Shown: positions 39,402-48,946 of the stretch, piece by piece
How the letters are laid out: the number at the start of each line of letters is the position of its first letter
Numbering within the stretch: position 1 is the first letter of the stretch
Origin: Vulcanimicrobiota bacterium
Lineage (GTDB): Bacteria; Vulcanimicrobiota; Vulcanimicrobiia; Vulcanimicrobiales; Vulcanimicrobiaceae
Reading direction: 5' to 3'
NCBI GenBank assembly: GCA_963786105.1
Contig: CAWAXX010000001.1
Span: forward strand, 1-64,000
DNA length: 64,000 bases
Notes under the pieces: generated by a model
Told to the model about the DNA's origin: nothing
The model's input: only the letters and a program-made list of their open reading frames with translations
Database searches by the model: none
Program-made: the position numbers and the translations under genes

Positions 39402-40505
39402 GTGTTTTCTTTGGTTGAGAACAGACCGCAGTCCGCACACCTCGGTTCCGGCTTTTGGAGCGTTACGGCAGTCTTGGGACTGCTGTCGATCGCTTCCATC
39501 GTCTTTTGGTATTGGTTTCCGCTCGAGAGATACTTGCCGGAAGCGATCGTCACGGCGCGTCAGGTCGACACCTTGTTCCGCTTCATGGCGGCGACGGGAT
39601 CGGCACTCTACATCTTCATTTTCGGCTATCTGCTGTATTTTGCCATCGCGTTTCGCGTCAAGCCGAGCGATCCGCCCGACGCCATCGGCGTTCAGATTCA
39701 CGACAACCACCGGCTGGAGTTTTGGTGGACGCTGATCCCGGCGCTTTTCGTCGTCTTGCTCTCGGTCGTGTCGGTCAAGATCTGGTACGAGATCATGCTC
39801 GAGCCGCAAAACGGGCTCGTAGTCCAGGCGATCGGACATCAGTTCAACTTCACGTTCCGGTACCCGCAGATCAACGGCGAGATCACCGACGAGATGCACC
39901 TCCCGATCGGCGTGCCGGTCACCCTCAATCTCACCTCGTCCGACGTAATCCATTCGTTCTGGGTGCCGGCCATGCGGTTGAAGAACGACACGGTGCCGGG
40001 CTTGGTCACGTCGATTCGGTTTACGCCTCGCCTGGTCGGGCGCTATCAGATCATTTGCACGCAATTTTGCGGCGTTCTGCACGCTCAGATGAACAAGCAG
40101 GTGCTGGTCGTCGAGGACAAGGCGTCGTTCGACCGCTGGTACCAAGGTTGGCAGGTCAAGAACGCGCACGTCAGCAATACGCTGCCGGCGGCCGGCGGCC
40201 AAGCCATCGCGCTCACCGGCGGATCCGTGCCGGCCGGTCAGACCCTCTTCGCGCAAAAATGTTCCGCGTGCCACGCGATCGGGCCGTTCAGTCAGCGCAT
40301 CGTCGGCCCGGGGCTCAAGGGCGTGTTGCACGATCCGTCCCATCCGAGCTTGGTAAACGGCGATTCGGCGACGCCGGCCAACGTCGCGAAGATTCTGCAA
40401 GCGGGATACGTGGGCAGCATGGGTGCGATGCCGAACGCCACCACCAACGGTCTGTCGAACCAAGATATCGCCAATCTGGTCGCATACTTGGATTCGTTGA
40501 AGTGA
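39402..40505 (+). CDS. coxB: Cytochrome c oxidase subunit II with fused cytochrome c (caa3 type)
   Basis: LEFWWT, DVIHSFW, CuA site CTQFCGVLHAQM, heme c CSACH and a distal AMP motif; start uncertain by a few codons. Confidence 0.95.
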   Translation: MFSLVENRPQSAHLGSGFWSVTAVLGLLSIASIVFWYWFPLERYLPEAIVTARQVDTLFRFMAATGSALYIFIFGYLLYFAIAFRVKPSDPPDAIGVQIHDNHRLEFWWTLIPALFVVLLSVVSVKIWYEIMLEPQNGLVVQAIGHQFNFTFRYPQINGEITDEMHLPIGVPVTLNLTSSDVIHSFWVPAMRLKNDTVPGLVTSIRFTPRLVGRYQIICTQFCGVLHAQMNKQVLVVEDKASFDRWYQGWQVKNAHVSNTLPAAGGQAIALTGGSVPAGQTLFAQKCSACHAIGPFSQRIVGPGLKGVLHDPSHPSLVNGDSATPANVAKILQAGYVGSMGAMPNATTNGLSNQDIANLVAYLDSLK

Positions 40506-40531
40506 ACGCCTGAGGTAACCTAAGGGGAAAC

Positions 40532-42217
40532 ATGTCAGTCGAATCAGCCCATATGACGCACGGCGGCGGCATCGCCGATCACATCCATCCGGAACCGCAA
40601 GGATTCGTTCGCCGGTACGTGTTCTCGATCGATCACAAGATCATCGGGATTCAGTACATCGTCACGGCGTTCGTATTCTTCATTTTATCCGGTCTGCTCG
40701 CAGAAACCATTCGCACGCAACTTCTCAATGCAAACGGCGGGTTCGTCTCGCCCGAGACCTATAACGAGGTTTATAGCGTACACGGCAGCGCGATGGTGTG
40801 GCTCGTAGTCATTCCGATTTTAACCGGCGGATTCGGCAATCTCATCTTTCCATTGCAGATCGGCGCGCGCGACGTGGCGTTCCCATGGCTCAACATGCTG
40901 AGCTTCTGGATTTTTCCCGTTGCGGGACTCATGCTGTTTTCGTCGTTCCTCATGGGTGCGCCGACGGCCGGCTGGACGGAATATCCGCCGGTATCTTTGC
41001 AAGGCCCGGCCGGAACCTCGATGTGGGCGGCGGCGATTTTCCTAGTCGGGGTAAGCTCGACGCTGACCGGCATCAATTTCGTCGTGACGCTGATCAAGAT
41101 GCGCGCTCCCGGGATGACTTTTACGCGCATGCCGCTGTTTTGCTGGGGCCAGTTCGCCACCGCGCCCCTACTGATGATCGCCACGACGGCGCTAGCGGCG
41201 GCGCTCGCGGCGTTGTTCATGGAGCGCGTGTTCGGCGTACCGTTCTACGACCCGACTAAGGGTGGCAGCCCGGTGCTGTGGCAGCACATGTTCTGGTTCT
41301 ACTCGCATCCTGCCGTCTATATCATGATTCTCCCGGCGTTCGGCATCATTTCCGAAGTGCTGCCGACGTTTGCGCGCAAGCCGATTTTTGGTTACAAGCT
41401 GATCGCATTTTCGTCGGCGGCGATCGCGTTGGCCGGCTTCATGGTCTGGGCGCACCACATGTTCACGTCGGGCTTGGCGCCGTACTTGCAGCTGCCGTTC
41501 ATGATTCTAACGTTCGCGATCGGTATTCCGACGGGCATCAAGATCTTTTCGTGGACGGCAACGTTATGGGGCGGTAAGATCCATCTCACGACCGCCATGC
41601 TCTTTGCGATCGGTTTCATCGCGCTGTTTACCTGCGGCGGAATCACCGGCATTTTCCTGGCAGCGGTGCCCTACGACTTGGACGTCCACGGCACGTACTT
41701 CGTCGTGGCGCACTTCCACTACGTATTGGTCGGCGGCAGCTTGATGGGCGTCTTCGCCGGCATGTACTACTGGTTCCCGAAGATGTCGGGCCGGCTCCTC
41801 AACGAAACGCTCGGCAAGATCCACTTCTGGCTGTTTTTCATCGGGTTCAACGGAACGTTCTTGCCGATGCACTGGCTAGGCGTCGAAGGAATGCCGCGCT
41901 GGGTGGCCACCTACGATCCCCAGTTCGAGTTCTGGAACCGCTTCGCGTCGGTGTCGTCGTACGTGATGGGTATCGGCATCCTGCTGTTTTTCGTGAACGT
42001 GATCTGGAGCATTCGCGCGGGTAAGAAATCCGGACCGAATCCGTGGAACGGCCGGACGCTCGAGTGGATGATTCCGTCGCCGCCGCACTACTACAACTTC
42101 AAGAACATTCCGACGGTATACGGCCTGCCCTACGACTTCTCGCATCCGCTGCCGTACGGGGGGTTGGAAGACGAACTCACCGATGCTCCGCCGGCGCTTG
42201 CCGCGGGGGCGCACTGA
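40532..42217 (+). CDS. coxA: Cytochrome c oxidase subunit I, A2 type
   Basis: DHKIIG, WFYSHPAVY (A2 YSHPxVY), VWAHHM, VAHFHY, GMPR. Confidence 0.97.
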   Translation: MSVESAHMTHGGGIADHIHPEPQGFVRRYVFSIDHKIIGIQYIVTAFVFFILSGLLAETIRTQLLNANGGFVSPETYNEVYSVHGSAMVWLVVIPILTGGFGNLIFPLQIGARDVAFPWLNMLSFWIFPVAGLMLFSSFLMGAPTAGWTEYPPVSLQGPAGTSMWAAAIFLVGVSSTLTGINFVVTLIKMRAPGMTFTRMPLFCWGQFATAPLLMIATTALAAALAALFMERVFGVPFYDPTKGGSPVLWQHMFWFYSHPAVYIMILPAFGIISEVLPTFARKPIFGYKLIAFSSAAIALAGFMVWAHHMFTSGLAPYLQLPFMILTFAIGIPTGIKIFSWTATLWGGKIHLTTAMLFAIGFIALFTCGGITGIFLAAVPYDLDVHGTYFVVAHFHYVLVGGSLMGVFAGMYYWFPKMSGRLLNETLGKIHFWLFFIGFNGTFLPMHWLGVEGMPRWVATYDPQFEFWNRFASVSSYVMGIGILLFFVNVIWSIRAGKKSGPNPWNGRTLEWMIPSPPHYYNFKNIPTVYGLPYDFSHPLPYGGLEDELTDAPPALAAGAH

Positions 42218-42837
42218 TGGCCGTCGCATCGATCGCCCACAGCGGGGCCTCCGACGGTCACGCCGACCAGCTCTACGTCGAAACGCGCGAGCTGCGGCTC
42301 CAGGGCTTCCTGCTCTTCCTGGTGAGCGACTGCGTTCTCTTCTCGTCGTTTATCTTCGCCTATCTGTACCTCCGCAACAGCGGACAGGGCTGGCCGCCGC
42401 CGGGCATCAAGCACCTGGACGTCGCGTTTGCGGCCTGGAACTCGGTGCTGCTCTTCGGGTCCGGCGCGACGATGCACTACGCCCTTGAAAATTGGAAGCA
42501 CGGCAACTTCATGAAGTACATGTGGATGCTGATCTTCACGATCGTTCTCGGCGCGGGATTCTTGGGTGGCCAAGCCTACGAATACAACCATCTCATTTTC
42601 GGCGAGCACGTGAGCTGGTGGGGCAGCGGTATCTTTGGCGCCTCGTTCTTTACGCTTACCGGGATGCACGGCTTTCACGTTTTCGTCGGCGTCTGTTATC
42701 TCACCGTGCTGGTGCTCCAGTCGGCTGCCGGCGTCTATACCGGTCAAAAGTACTTCGGCATCACCGCCGGCACGCTCTATTGGCATTTCGTCGACGTGAT
42801 CTGGGTCGTACTTTTCTCGATCTTCTACTTGATATAG
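42217..42837 (+). CDS. coxC: Cytochrome c oxidase subunit III
   Basis: FLVSD..F, FL.GQ.YEY, FFTLTGMHGFHV, YWHFVDVIW; TGATG overlap with subunit I. Confidence 0.95.
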   Translation: MAVASIAHSGASDGHADQLYVETRELRLQGFLLFLVSDCVLFSSFIFAYLYLRNSGQGWPPPGIKHLDVAFAAWNSVLLFGSGATMHYALENWKHGNFMKYMWMLIFTIVLGAGFLGGQAYEYNHLIFGEHVSWWGSGIFGASFFTLTGMHGFHVFVGVCYLTVLVLQSAAGVYTGQKYFGITAGTLYWHFVDVIWVVLFSIFYLI

Positions 42838-42847
42838 GGAATCATCG

Positions 42848-43063
42848 ATGAACGTAGATCTCGCAATGCTCGAAAGAACCGGCGCGGTTGCCGGCGGCAT
42901 TATCGTGGGTGTCGTCGCCTTCTACGCTTTGTACAAAGACTGGAGTACGCCCGGCGTCGAGAATCACGTCTTCAAACTCATGTTGCTGTTGTTGGGGGTC
43001 GGTGCGATCCTGGCGATTTTAGCCGGCATCAACGTCCTCGGCAACTTCCCCAAGGCCGCGTAA
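42848..43063 (+). CDS. 71-aa two-TM membrane protein in the cox operon
   Basis: AGGGA RBS, 10 nt after coxC, two hydrophobic helices. Confidence 0.8.
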   Translation: MNVDLAMLERTGAVAGGIIVGVVAFYALYKDWSTPGVENHVFKLMLLLLGVGAILAILAGINVLGNFPKAA

Positions 43064-43076
43064 GGGATTCGCACAC

Positions 43077-43280
43077 ATGATCGTCAGCGACAACGAATAC
43101 CTCGACTTTAGCCGGGTTCCACAGAGCCGCGGCATTCCGAAGGCCATCGTGTACGCGGTAGCCGTCGGTCTCGTCGTAATTTTTGCGATCGGCGCGTCGT
43201 GCTGTTTGCTCTCCGGATACGGGCACAAATGGCCGGCGACGTCGACGATGCGCGTCGACCTCGGCCCGTACCACCACTAG
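43077..43280 (+). CDS. 67-aa single-TM protein in the cox operon
   Basis: AAGGGA RBS, 13 nt after the previous stop, one TM helix. Confidence 0.75.
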   Translation: MIVSDNEYLDFSRVPQSRGIPKAIVYAVAVGLVVIFAIGASCCLLSGYGHKWPATSTMRVDLGPYHH

Positions 43281-43291
43281 CGTCCTCGTGA

Positions 43292-43523
43292 TGTCATCCT
43301 GAGCGGAGCGAGCATAGCGAGCGCAGTCGAAGACGATCGATCCGATCTAACTCGCCACCTTCGGGACGTTCGCGTTTTCGCGTCCGTGCGAAAACGCTAC
43401 TCGGCCGGCGCGTCGCTCCCGGCATCCGTGCCTTCGCTCCGCGTCCGGACGCCCTCAGGTTGGCGAGTAGTCGGATCGAGCGGGTCCTTCGACTGCGCGC
43501 CGCGGTGCTGCGCTCGGGATGAC
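43292..43523. repeat. REPIN-like nested inverted repeat (~230 nt)
   Basis: REP copy 43292-43332 and inverted copy 43484-43523 enclose further arms TCGATCCGA/TCGGATCGA (43337/43471) and ACTCGCCA/TGGCGAGT (43350/43461). Confidence 0.85.
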
Positions 43524-43532
43524 GCGTGAGAG

Positions 43533-44120
43533 CTAGTCCCTGAACTTTTCGCGGGCGATTCCAATGGCCAGTAGCGGCAAATCGTCGTCGGGCAGCAGTC
43601 CGGTCGGCTTGCCGTCGATCTTGTGAATGCCGGCATAGACCGAGAATTCGATCAACGATGGAATCGTCGCGTTCGGCAGGCGCTTTCTGCCCAGCCACTC
43701 CCACTCGCACGCGACCGATCGATCCGCAAAGAGCGCTGCAACGTACCCGCACGCGTCGCTTTGCGAATGTTCGTCAGGTTCGCGATAGCGCACGTATCCG
43801 TCAAGAATGTAGATCGGCTTGAACGTTTGGAGGTAGGCGGCGAACGGCGCCACCAGCACCGCTATGAAGTAGCCGGCAAAGACTACCGCACCCAGTCCGA
43901 AGATCGGTGCGATCTTGACGAGCGTGGCGTCGTCGGGAACGTGCTGCGCTCGCCACACGATGCCCCACGTGAGCAGGCTCATGAAGAGCGTGCCGAGCAA
44001 CGGCTCGATGGCGATCGCCAAGCGGCCGGTCAAACCTCGCCAAACGATGCGGCGTTCCCGCGGCGTCCAGTTTCGATGCGCCAACTGTCTCGCGCGCCGG
44101 TCGAACTCGCGGAACTTCAC
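43533..44120 (-). CDS. Hypothetical two-TM membrane protein
   Basis: GTG start overlaps the MFS stop (GTGA); 195 aa. Confidence 0.75.
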   Translation of the reverse strand: MKFREFDRRARQLAHRNWTPRERRIVWRGLTGRLAIAIEPLLGTLFMSLLTWGIVWRAQHVPDDATLVKIAPIFGLGAVVFAGYFIAVLVAPFAAYLQTFKPIYILDGYVRYREPDEHSQSDACGYVAALFADRSVACEWEWLGRKRLPNATIPSLIEFSVYAGIHKIDGKPTGLLPDDDLPLLAIGIAREKFRD

Positions 44121-45454
44121 GCGACCTCGAGTTGCGTGATCGGTTGCGTGCCCTCGTCCCGGCGCGATTTCAACGTCGCCGCCAGCACCAGCGCGAAGAA
44201 CGCCACCCCGCAAAATCCCAAGTAAGCGTGGCGATACCCCAGCAATTCGTTGGTTGCCAAGCCGATGAGTCCGCCGGCCAGCGACGTGCCGAGAATCTGT
44301 CCGACGATCAAACACTGGCTCAGCAGGCCAACCGCGGTTGCGCGCACGGCTTCCGGCGTTTCGCTCGTGATGATGTAGCGGGTCGGAGCCCCCAACAAGG
44401 CACCGAATCCGGCGCCCGCAACCACCATCGCGATCAACGCCAGCCACAGCGAACTAAAGCCGAGCGCGAAGATCGCCAAGCCGAGTTCGGTGAGGATCGT
44501 CCCCGCAAGCAACACGTCGCGACTGCCGATTCGGTCGAGCGCCTTCCCCGCCGACGGAATGACGACGACGAACGTGAGCGCGCCCAACGCGGCGACCAGG
44601 CCGGCCGCAGCGGCCGAAAGGTTCTGGGCGCCGACCAAAACGGTCGGAATAAAGAACAGGGCACCCTCGAGCATGCCGATGGAGATTTCCAGAACGTAGG
44701 TCTTGGCTAGTTGCGGCATCCGAAAGAGACTCATCGGTACGATCGGCGCGTCCGCGAGCTTCTGCTCCCACAGCACGAACCCGGCAAGCGATACGGCGCC
44801 CAAGATGCCGATCAGCGGACGCGACGCGATTAAGCCGTCCATCACCGCCAGCAGACCGACGCAAAGCAAGAACAACCCGACCACGTCAAGCGGCTCGTTT
44901 CGGCGCGGGGCCGCCGTGGGCAAGTACCTGCGAGCGAGGGCGAACACGACCGCAGCAATCGGTACGTTCGCCGCAAAAATCCAGCGCCAAGAGATGAAAT
45001 GCGTTACCAGACCGCCGAACGTCGGTCCGATTACCGCGGCTAGGCCCCAGGTGGCGGCGACCAGCCCCAGTGCCGCGCCGCGCCGCTCGCGCGGAACTAC
45101 GTCGCCGATGGCGGCGGTCGCCACCGGAAAAACGCCGCCCGCTCCAAGCGCTTGCAGCGCGCGGGCCGCCAAAAACACGGGATAGTTCGGCGCGACCATC
45201 GCCAGCACGCTACCCACGGCAAACAACGCGATGCAGCCCAAGTAGACCGCTCGCCGGCCGTATCGATCCGCGAGCACGCTCGCGACCGCAATCGACACGA
45301 TCGTCGCGAGGAGGTAAAGCGTAAAAACCCACGCGAGGTCGCTCGTCGCAACGCCGAGGTCTTTGCCCAGCGCAGGCAATGCCGGTGAAAGGACGCTCAG
45401 GTCGAGCGCGCCGACGAAGACTCCCAAGCCAAGCGTGAGGAGCAGGGGCTTCAC
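44117..45454 (-). CDS. MFS transporter (DHA2-like)
   Basis: ALDLSVLSPALP, LADRYGRR, RALQALGAGG, WRWIFAANVP. Confidence 0.92.
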   Translation of the reverse strand: MKPLLLTLGLGVFVGALDLSVLSPALPALGKDLGVATSDLAWVFTLYLLATIVSIAVASVLADRYGRRAVYLGCIALFAVGSVLAMVAPNYPVFLAARALQALGAGGVFPVATAAIGDVVPRERRGAALGLVAATWGLAAVIGPTFGGLVTHFISWRWIFAANVPIAAVVFALARRYLPTAAPRRNEPLDVVGLFLLCVGLLAVMDGLIASRPLIGILGAVSLAGFVLWEQKLADAPIVPMSLFRMPQLAKTYVLEISIGMLEGALFFIPTVLVGAQNLSAAAAGLVAALGALTFVVVIPSAGKALDRIGSRDVLLAGTILTELGLAIFALGFSSLWLALIAMVVAGAGFGALLGAPTRYIITSETPEAVRATAVGLLSQCLIVGQILGTSLAGGLIGLATNELLGYRHAYLGFCGVAFFALVLAATLKSRRDEGTQPITQLEVA

Positions 45455-46329
45455 GAGATGACGATTCTATCGATGACCATGACGGCGCACATCAGCGCCA
45501 GATAAAGCAGCGAAAAACGGAACAAACGGCGTGCCGCCTTCAGATCCTCTTTTGCTTGCCACGTTCGCACGGCGTCGAGCAGGAAGACGCCCCCCAGCAG
45601 GGCGGCGGACGCAAAGTAAAACGCTCCCATGACGTGCAGCGGGTACAGCGCGAGCGAGACGGCCACCAAGACCAAGCTGTAATAAACGATTTCGCGCTTC
45701 GTGCGCTGTTCGCCGTATACGTTGGGAAACATCGGGATTTTCGCCTTGGCATAGTCGAGCTCGGTCACCAGCGAAAGCGACCAAAAATGTGGAGGCGTCC
45801 AAAGAAAAATCAACACGAACAAACCCACCGCCGGGCCGCCGATCGCATGCGTGACCGCCGCCCAGCCGACCAGCGGAGGAACGGCGCCGGCCGCACCGCC
45901 GATGACGATATTGAGCGGCGTAATCCGCTTCAGCCACATCGTGTAGACTACGACGTAAAAGACGTTCCCGGCCAACGAGAGGCACGCCGCCAGCGGATTG
46001 ACGAGGAGGTACAGGATGGCGAATCCCGCGAGCCCGATCACGAGCGCGAAGACGGTGGCGTCGCGCACGCCGACGCGCCCCTGCGGAATCGGACGCATGC
46101 TGGTGCGCTGCATCAAACGATCGATGTCGGCATCGTACGCACAGTTCAGCGCGCCCGCCGATGCGGCGGCCATCGCTCCGCCGAGAAGCGTCCAAAAGAC
46201 CAGTCCCAACGGGGGAAGGCCGCGCGCGGCCATAACCATCGCCGCGGCAGTCGTAATCAACAGCAGAACGATGATGCGCGGCTTCGAAAGTTCGTAGTAG
46301 TCGCCGACGTAGGAGAGCGTTGCTCTCAC
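45451..46329 (-). CDS. ctaB: Protoheme IX farnesyltransferase (heme O synthase)
   Basis: ELSKPRI, D.DIDRLMQRTS.RP, YTMWLKR, FLWTPPHFW; GTG overlaps the ctaA stop. Confidence 0.95.
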   Translation of the reverse strand: MRATLSYVGDYYELSKPRIIVLLLITTAAAMVMAARGLPPLGLVFWTLLGGAMAAASAGALNCAYDADIDRLMQRTSMRPIPQGRVGVRDATVFALVIGLAGFAILYLLVNPLAACLSLAGNVFYVVVYTMWLKRITPLNIVIGGAAGAVPPLVGWAAVTHAIGGPAVGLFVLIFLWTPPHFWSLSLVTELDYAKAKIPMFPNVYGEQRTKREIVYYSLVLVAVSLALYPLHVMGAFYFASAALLGGVFLLDAVRTWQAKEDLKAARRLFRFSLLYLALMCAVMVIDRIVIS

Positions 46330-47246
46330 CGGCCGGCGACCGCGTGTTCGGAGTTCTTCAACGCCCCCGAGTCGAGGAGCGCGAACAGCGTCGCGACGAC
46401 GAAGGCGAGAAATGCGAGGGCGGCGTTGACCGCATGCGCTTCGCGAAGGTCGGTCGGCAGTCGCAACGCGACGTTGAGCAGTCCCAGCAACACTTGAACG
46501 CAAACGAGTCCGACGCCGACGCTGGTGGCCGCGCGAACGCGGTTCGAGGCGGGGCGAGCCCAGGCAAGTGCGAGCGATCCAGCCGCGCCGACGAGCGTGA
46601 CGCCCGCCGCGAAACGATGCAGCATCTGCACGAATTGCCCGTCGGTGTACACGACGACGCTTCCGGCACAGCCTGGAATCGACAGGCACGCGAGGCCGGC
46701 ACCGCTCGAACTCACGTACGCGCCGACACACATCGTGAGGAACGCTACGGCCGCCGTCGCGGCGAGCAGCGCGCGAAGCTGCGCGCCGGGTTGGAGGGCC
46801 GGAAAGACGCTATCGGCTGAGTCCACGGCGCTTGCGAAGATGGCCATCGCGGACAGCGCGCCAATGAGGGCCATCGCGGTGCCCCAATGCAAAACGACCG
46901 ACATCGGGCTGTTGGCCAGTCGCACCGTCGCCGCACCGAGCAGCACCTGAGCGAGGAAGAGCACGGCGATCGCGACGACCGTCGGGGCGATGAACGGCGA
47001 ACGCGCGCGCTGCCGCCACGCGGAAACGACGAGCGCCACGACCAGCGGTGCGACCAGGAACGCTAACAAACGGTGCAGCCATTCCCAAACCGTGCCGCCG
47101 CTCATCGAGGGAAGGACGCTTCCGTGGCACAGCGGCCAATCGGGACAGGTTTCGCCGGCACCGTTGATCCGCGTCCAACTGCCGAGCACGACCGTACCGA
47201 GGGCGACGAGATCGGTTCCCAACGCCAGGCGACGCAGAGTTTTCAT
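46326..47246 (-). CDS. ctaA: Heme A synthase (COX15/CtaA)
   Basis: GAGETCPDWPLCHG, EWLHR, second Cys pair CLSIPGC, QMLHR. Confidence 0.92.
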   Translation of the reverse strand: MKTLRRLALGTDLVALGTVVLGSWTRINGAGETCPDWPLCHGSVLPSMSGGTVWEWLHRLLAFLVAPLVVALVVSAWRQRARSPFIAPTVVAIAVLFLAQVLLGAATVRLANSPMSVVLHWGTAMALIGALSAMAIFASAVDSADSVFPALQPGAQLRALLAATAAVAFLTMCVGAYVSSSGAGLACLSIPGCAGSVVVYTDGQFVQMLHRFAAGVTLVGAAGSLALAWARPASNRVRAATSVGVGLVCVQVLLGLLNVALRLPTDLREAHAVNAALAFLAFVVATLFALLDSGALKNSEHAVAGR

Positions 47247-47338
47247 GAGCGACTTTCAGGGTAGCCTTGGGGCTTCATCGTTCACAATGACATTGGAGGG
47301 TAGCGAAATCATAGCCTTTGCCAGGGGGCGCTAGGACT

Positions 47339-47791
47339 ATGCGGGCGAAGGCGTCGGCCGTGAAACGCTGGTGGGCGCTGGCGGCGCTCGTGCTCCTGGT
47401 CGGTTGCCGGGAGGTCCGCGTGAAAACGCTCGCTCAGGGAACCACGACCGCTCTCGGCGGCAATCAAATCGTCGTCGTTCGGGATCCGGCCGACCTCGCC
47501 AAGCTCGGCATCCGTGCGCCGGTTCATTTCCGCGGAGAGTTCGGCGTCATCCTGATGATGGGGCCCCACGTTCGCACCGGCTACAAGCAGATTATCGAGT
47601 CGATTCGAGCCAACGATCAGCGCGTTCGCGTGGTGGCATTCGAGCAGGAACCGGGCGACGGCGGCGAACCTTCCACGAGCTATCGCACGTACACGTTGTG
47701 GATCGTGCCGAATAGCGTGTACCGGCGCGGCGTTCGGGTCGAAGTTGTGACCCCCAGCGACGAACCGATTGCAACGACGTACTTGCCGTAG
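47339..47791 (+). CDS. Lipoprotein, PrcB C-terminal-like
   Basis: Lipobox LVGC; MMGPHVRTGY..IESI pattern. Confidence 0.65.
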   Translation: MRAKASAVKRWWALAALVLLVGCREVRVKTLAQGTTTALGGNQIVVVRDPADLAKLGIRAPVHFRGEFGVILMMGPHVRTGYKQIIESIRANDQRVRVVAFEQEPGDGGEPSTSYRTYTLWIVPNSVYRRGVRVEVVTPSDEPIATTYLP

Positions 47792-47828
47792 CGGACACGT
47801 TCGGCACATGTTCTATTCGAAAGGCCCG

Positions 47829-48905
47829 ATGCTAGCGCGCGAATCAGAGGGTCGGCTCGAGGTGCGGGTCGAGCGACTGGGGCTGGTCCTCGAGCCCGAC
47901 GGCGAGCCTACCGAAGCGGGGGGAATTCTCAATCCCGCGGCCGCTCGCACGCCGAAGGGCGAGTTGCTGCTCTACCCGCGCTGCGTCGCCGAGGGCAACG
48001 TCTCGCGCGTTCGTGCGGTACGAACGCAGGCCTTGGATCGCGGCTTCGACGTGAAGAGACTCGACTTCGCGCTCGTCCCGAAAGCGCCGTACGAAATCCG
48101 TCCCAATCCCGGATACGGTTGCGAAGATCCGCGCGTCACTTACGTGCCCGTACTCAACGCCTACCTCATGGCGTACACAGCCTTCGGACCCGAGGGACCG
48201 CGTATCGCGATTGCCGTTTCGGAGGACGCCTATCGTTGGGAACGCCTCGGACAGGTTCACTTCGAAGGCGGCGGCGTCATTATCGGCGACGACAAAGACG
48301 CGGCGTTCTTTCCCGAACCCGTTCTCTCTCCGACCGGAGTGAAGAGCTTGGCTTTCTATCATCGCCCGATGCTCCATCTCTCCGCGGTGGACGGACGCGC
48401 CGCCATTCCGATGATCGAGCGCATGCCGTTCTCCGAGCGCGAATCGATTCGTATCGCCTACGTTCCGTTACAGGCCGTTCTCAAAGACCGAGCAAACCTG
48501 CTCGACGTCGGCGAGAGCGTCGACGTGCTCTCACCCGATGCGAATTGGGGATCGATCAAAATCGGTGCCGGCACGCCGCCGGTACGCATCGCCGAAGGCT
48601 GGATGTCGCTCTTTCACGGCGTCGACGTGGTCCCGGACGAGCACAAAAAACCGTCGTTGAGCTATAGCAGCGGTCTGGTGATTCACGACCTGGAGCGGCC
48701 GGATCGCATCCTCTACCGCTCGCCCAAACCGATTCTTTCGCCGACGAGCGAGCGCGAGCGGTCCGGCGTCGTGGACAACGTGGTGTTTCCAACCGGATTA
48801 GATCAGCGCCGGGATCTCGGCGATCGCGTGTTCGACGTGTACTATGGAATGGGCGATCATTCCGTCGGTGCGGCCCGAATGTGGCTCGGCCGCCCTTTCC
48901 GCTGA
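47829..48905 (+). CDS. Glycoside hydrolase family 130-like (mannoside phosphorylase/hydrolase)
   Basis: ILNPAA, GCEDPRVT, DKDAAFFPE, KIGAGTPP, NVVFPTG, YYGMGD; start uncertain (47808 or 47829). Confidence 0.88.
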   Translation: MLARESEGRLEVRVERLGLVLEPDGEPTEAGGILNPAAARTPKGELLLYPRCVAEGNVSRVRAVRTQALDRGFDVKRLDFALVPKAPYEIRPNPGYGCEDPRVTYVPVLNAYLMAYTAFGPEGPRIAIAVSEDAYRWERLGQVHFEGGGVIIGDDKDAAFFPEPVLSPTGVKSLAFYHRPMLHLSAVDGRAAIPMIERMPFSERESIRIAYVPLQAVLKDRANLLDVGESVDVLSPDANWGSIKIGAGTPPVRIAEGWMSLFHGVDVVPDEHKKPSLSYSSGLVIHDLERPDRILYRSPKPILSPTSERERSGVVDNVVFPTGLDQRRDLGDRVFDVYYGMGDHSVGAARMWLGRPFR

Positions 48906-48910
48906 GGTAG

Positions 48911-48936
48911 GTTTTTGTTCGGGGCCCCGTGGGAAT
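48911..48936 (+). promoter_or_regulatory. Possible SigB/SigF-type promoter
   Basis: GTTT-N16-GGGAAT just upstream of the NRAMP ATG. Confidence 0.45.
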
Positions 48937-48946
48937 ACGGTGGCTC

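Noticed and set aside
38622..40463. Long antisense ORFs (613 aa here; also 28907-30325, 31967-33427, 34512-35888)
   Set aside because: Shadow frames of well-supported genes, expected in high-GC DNA; Arg-rich and without motifs.
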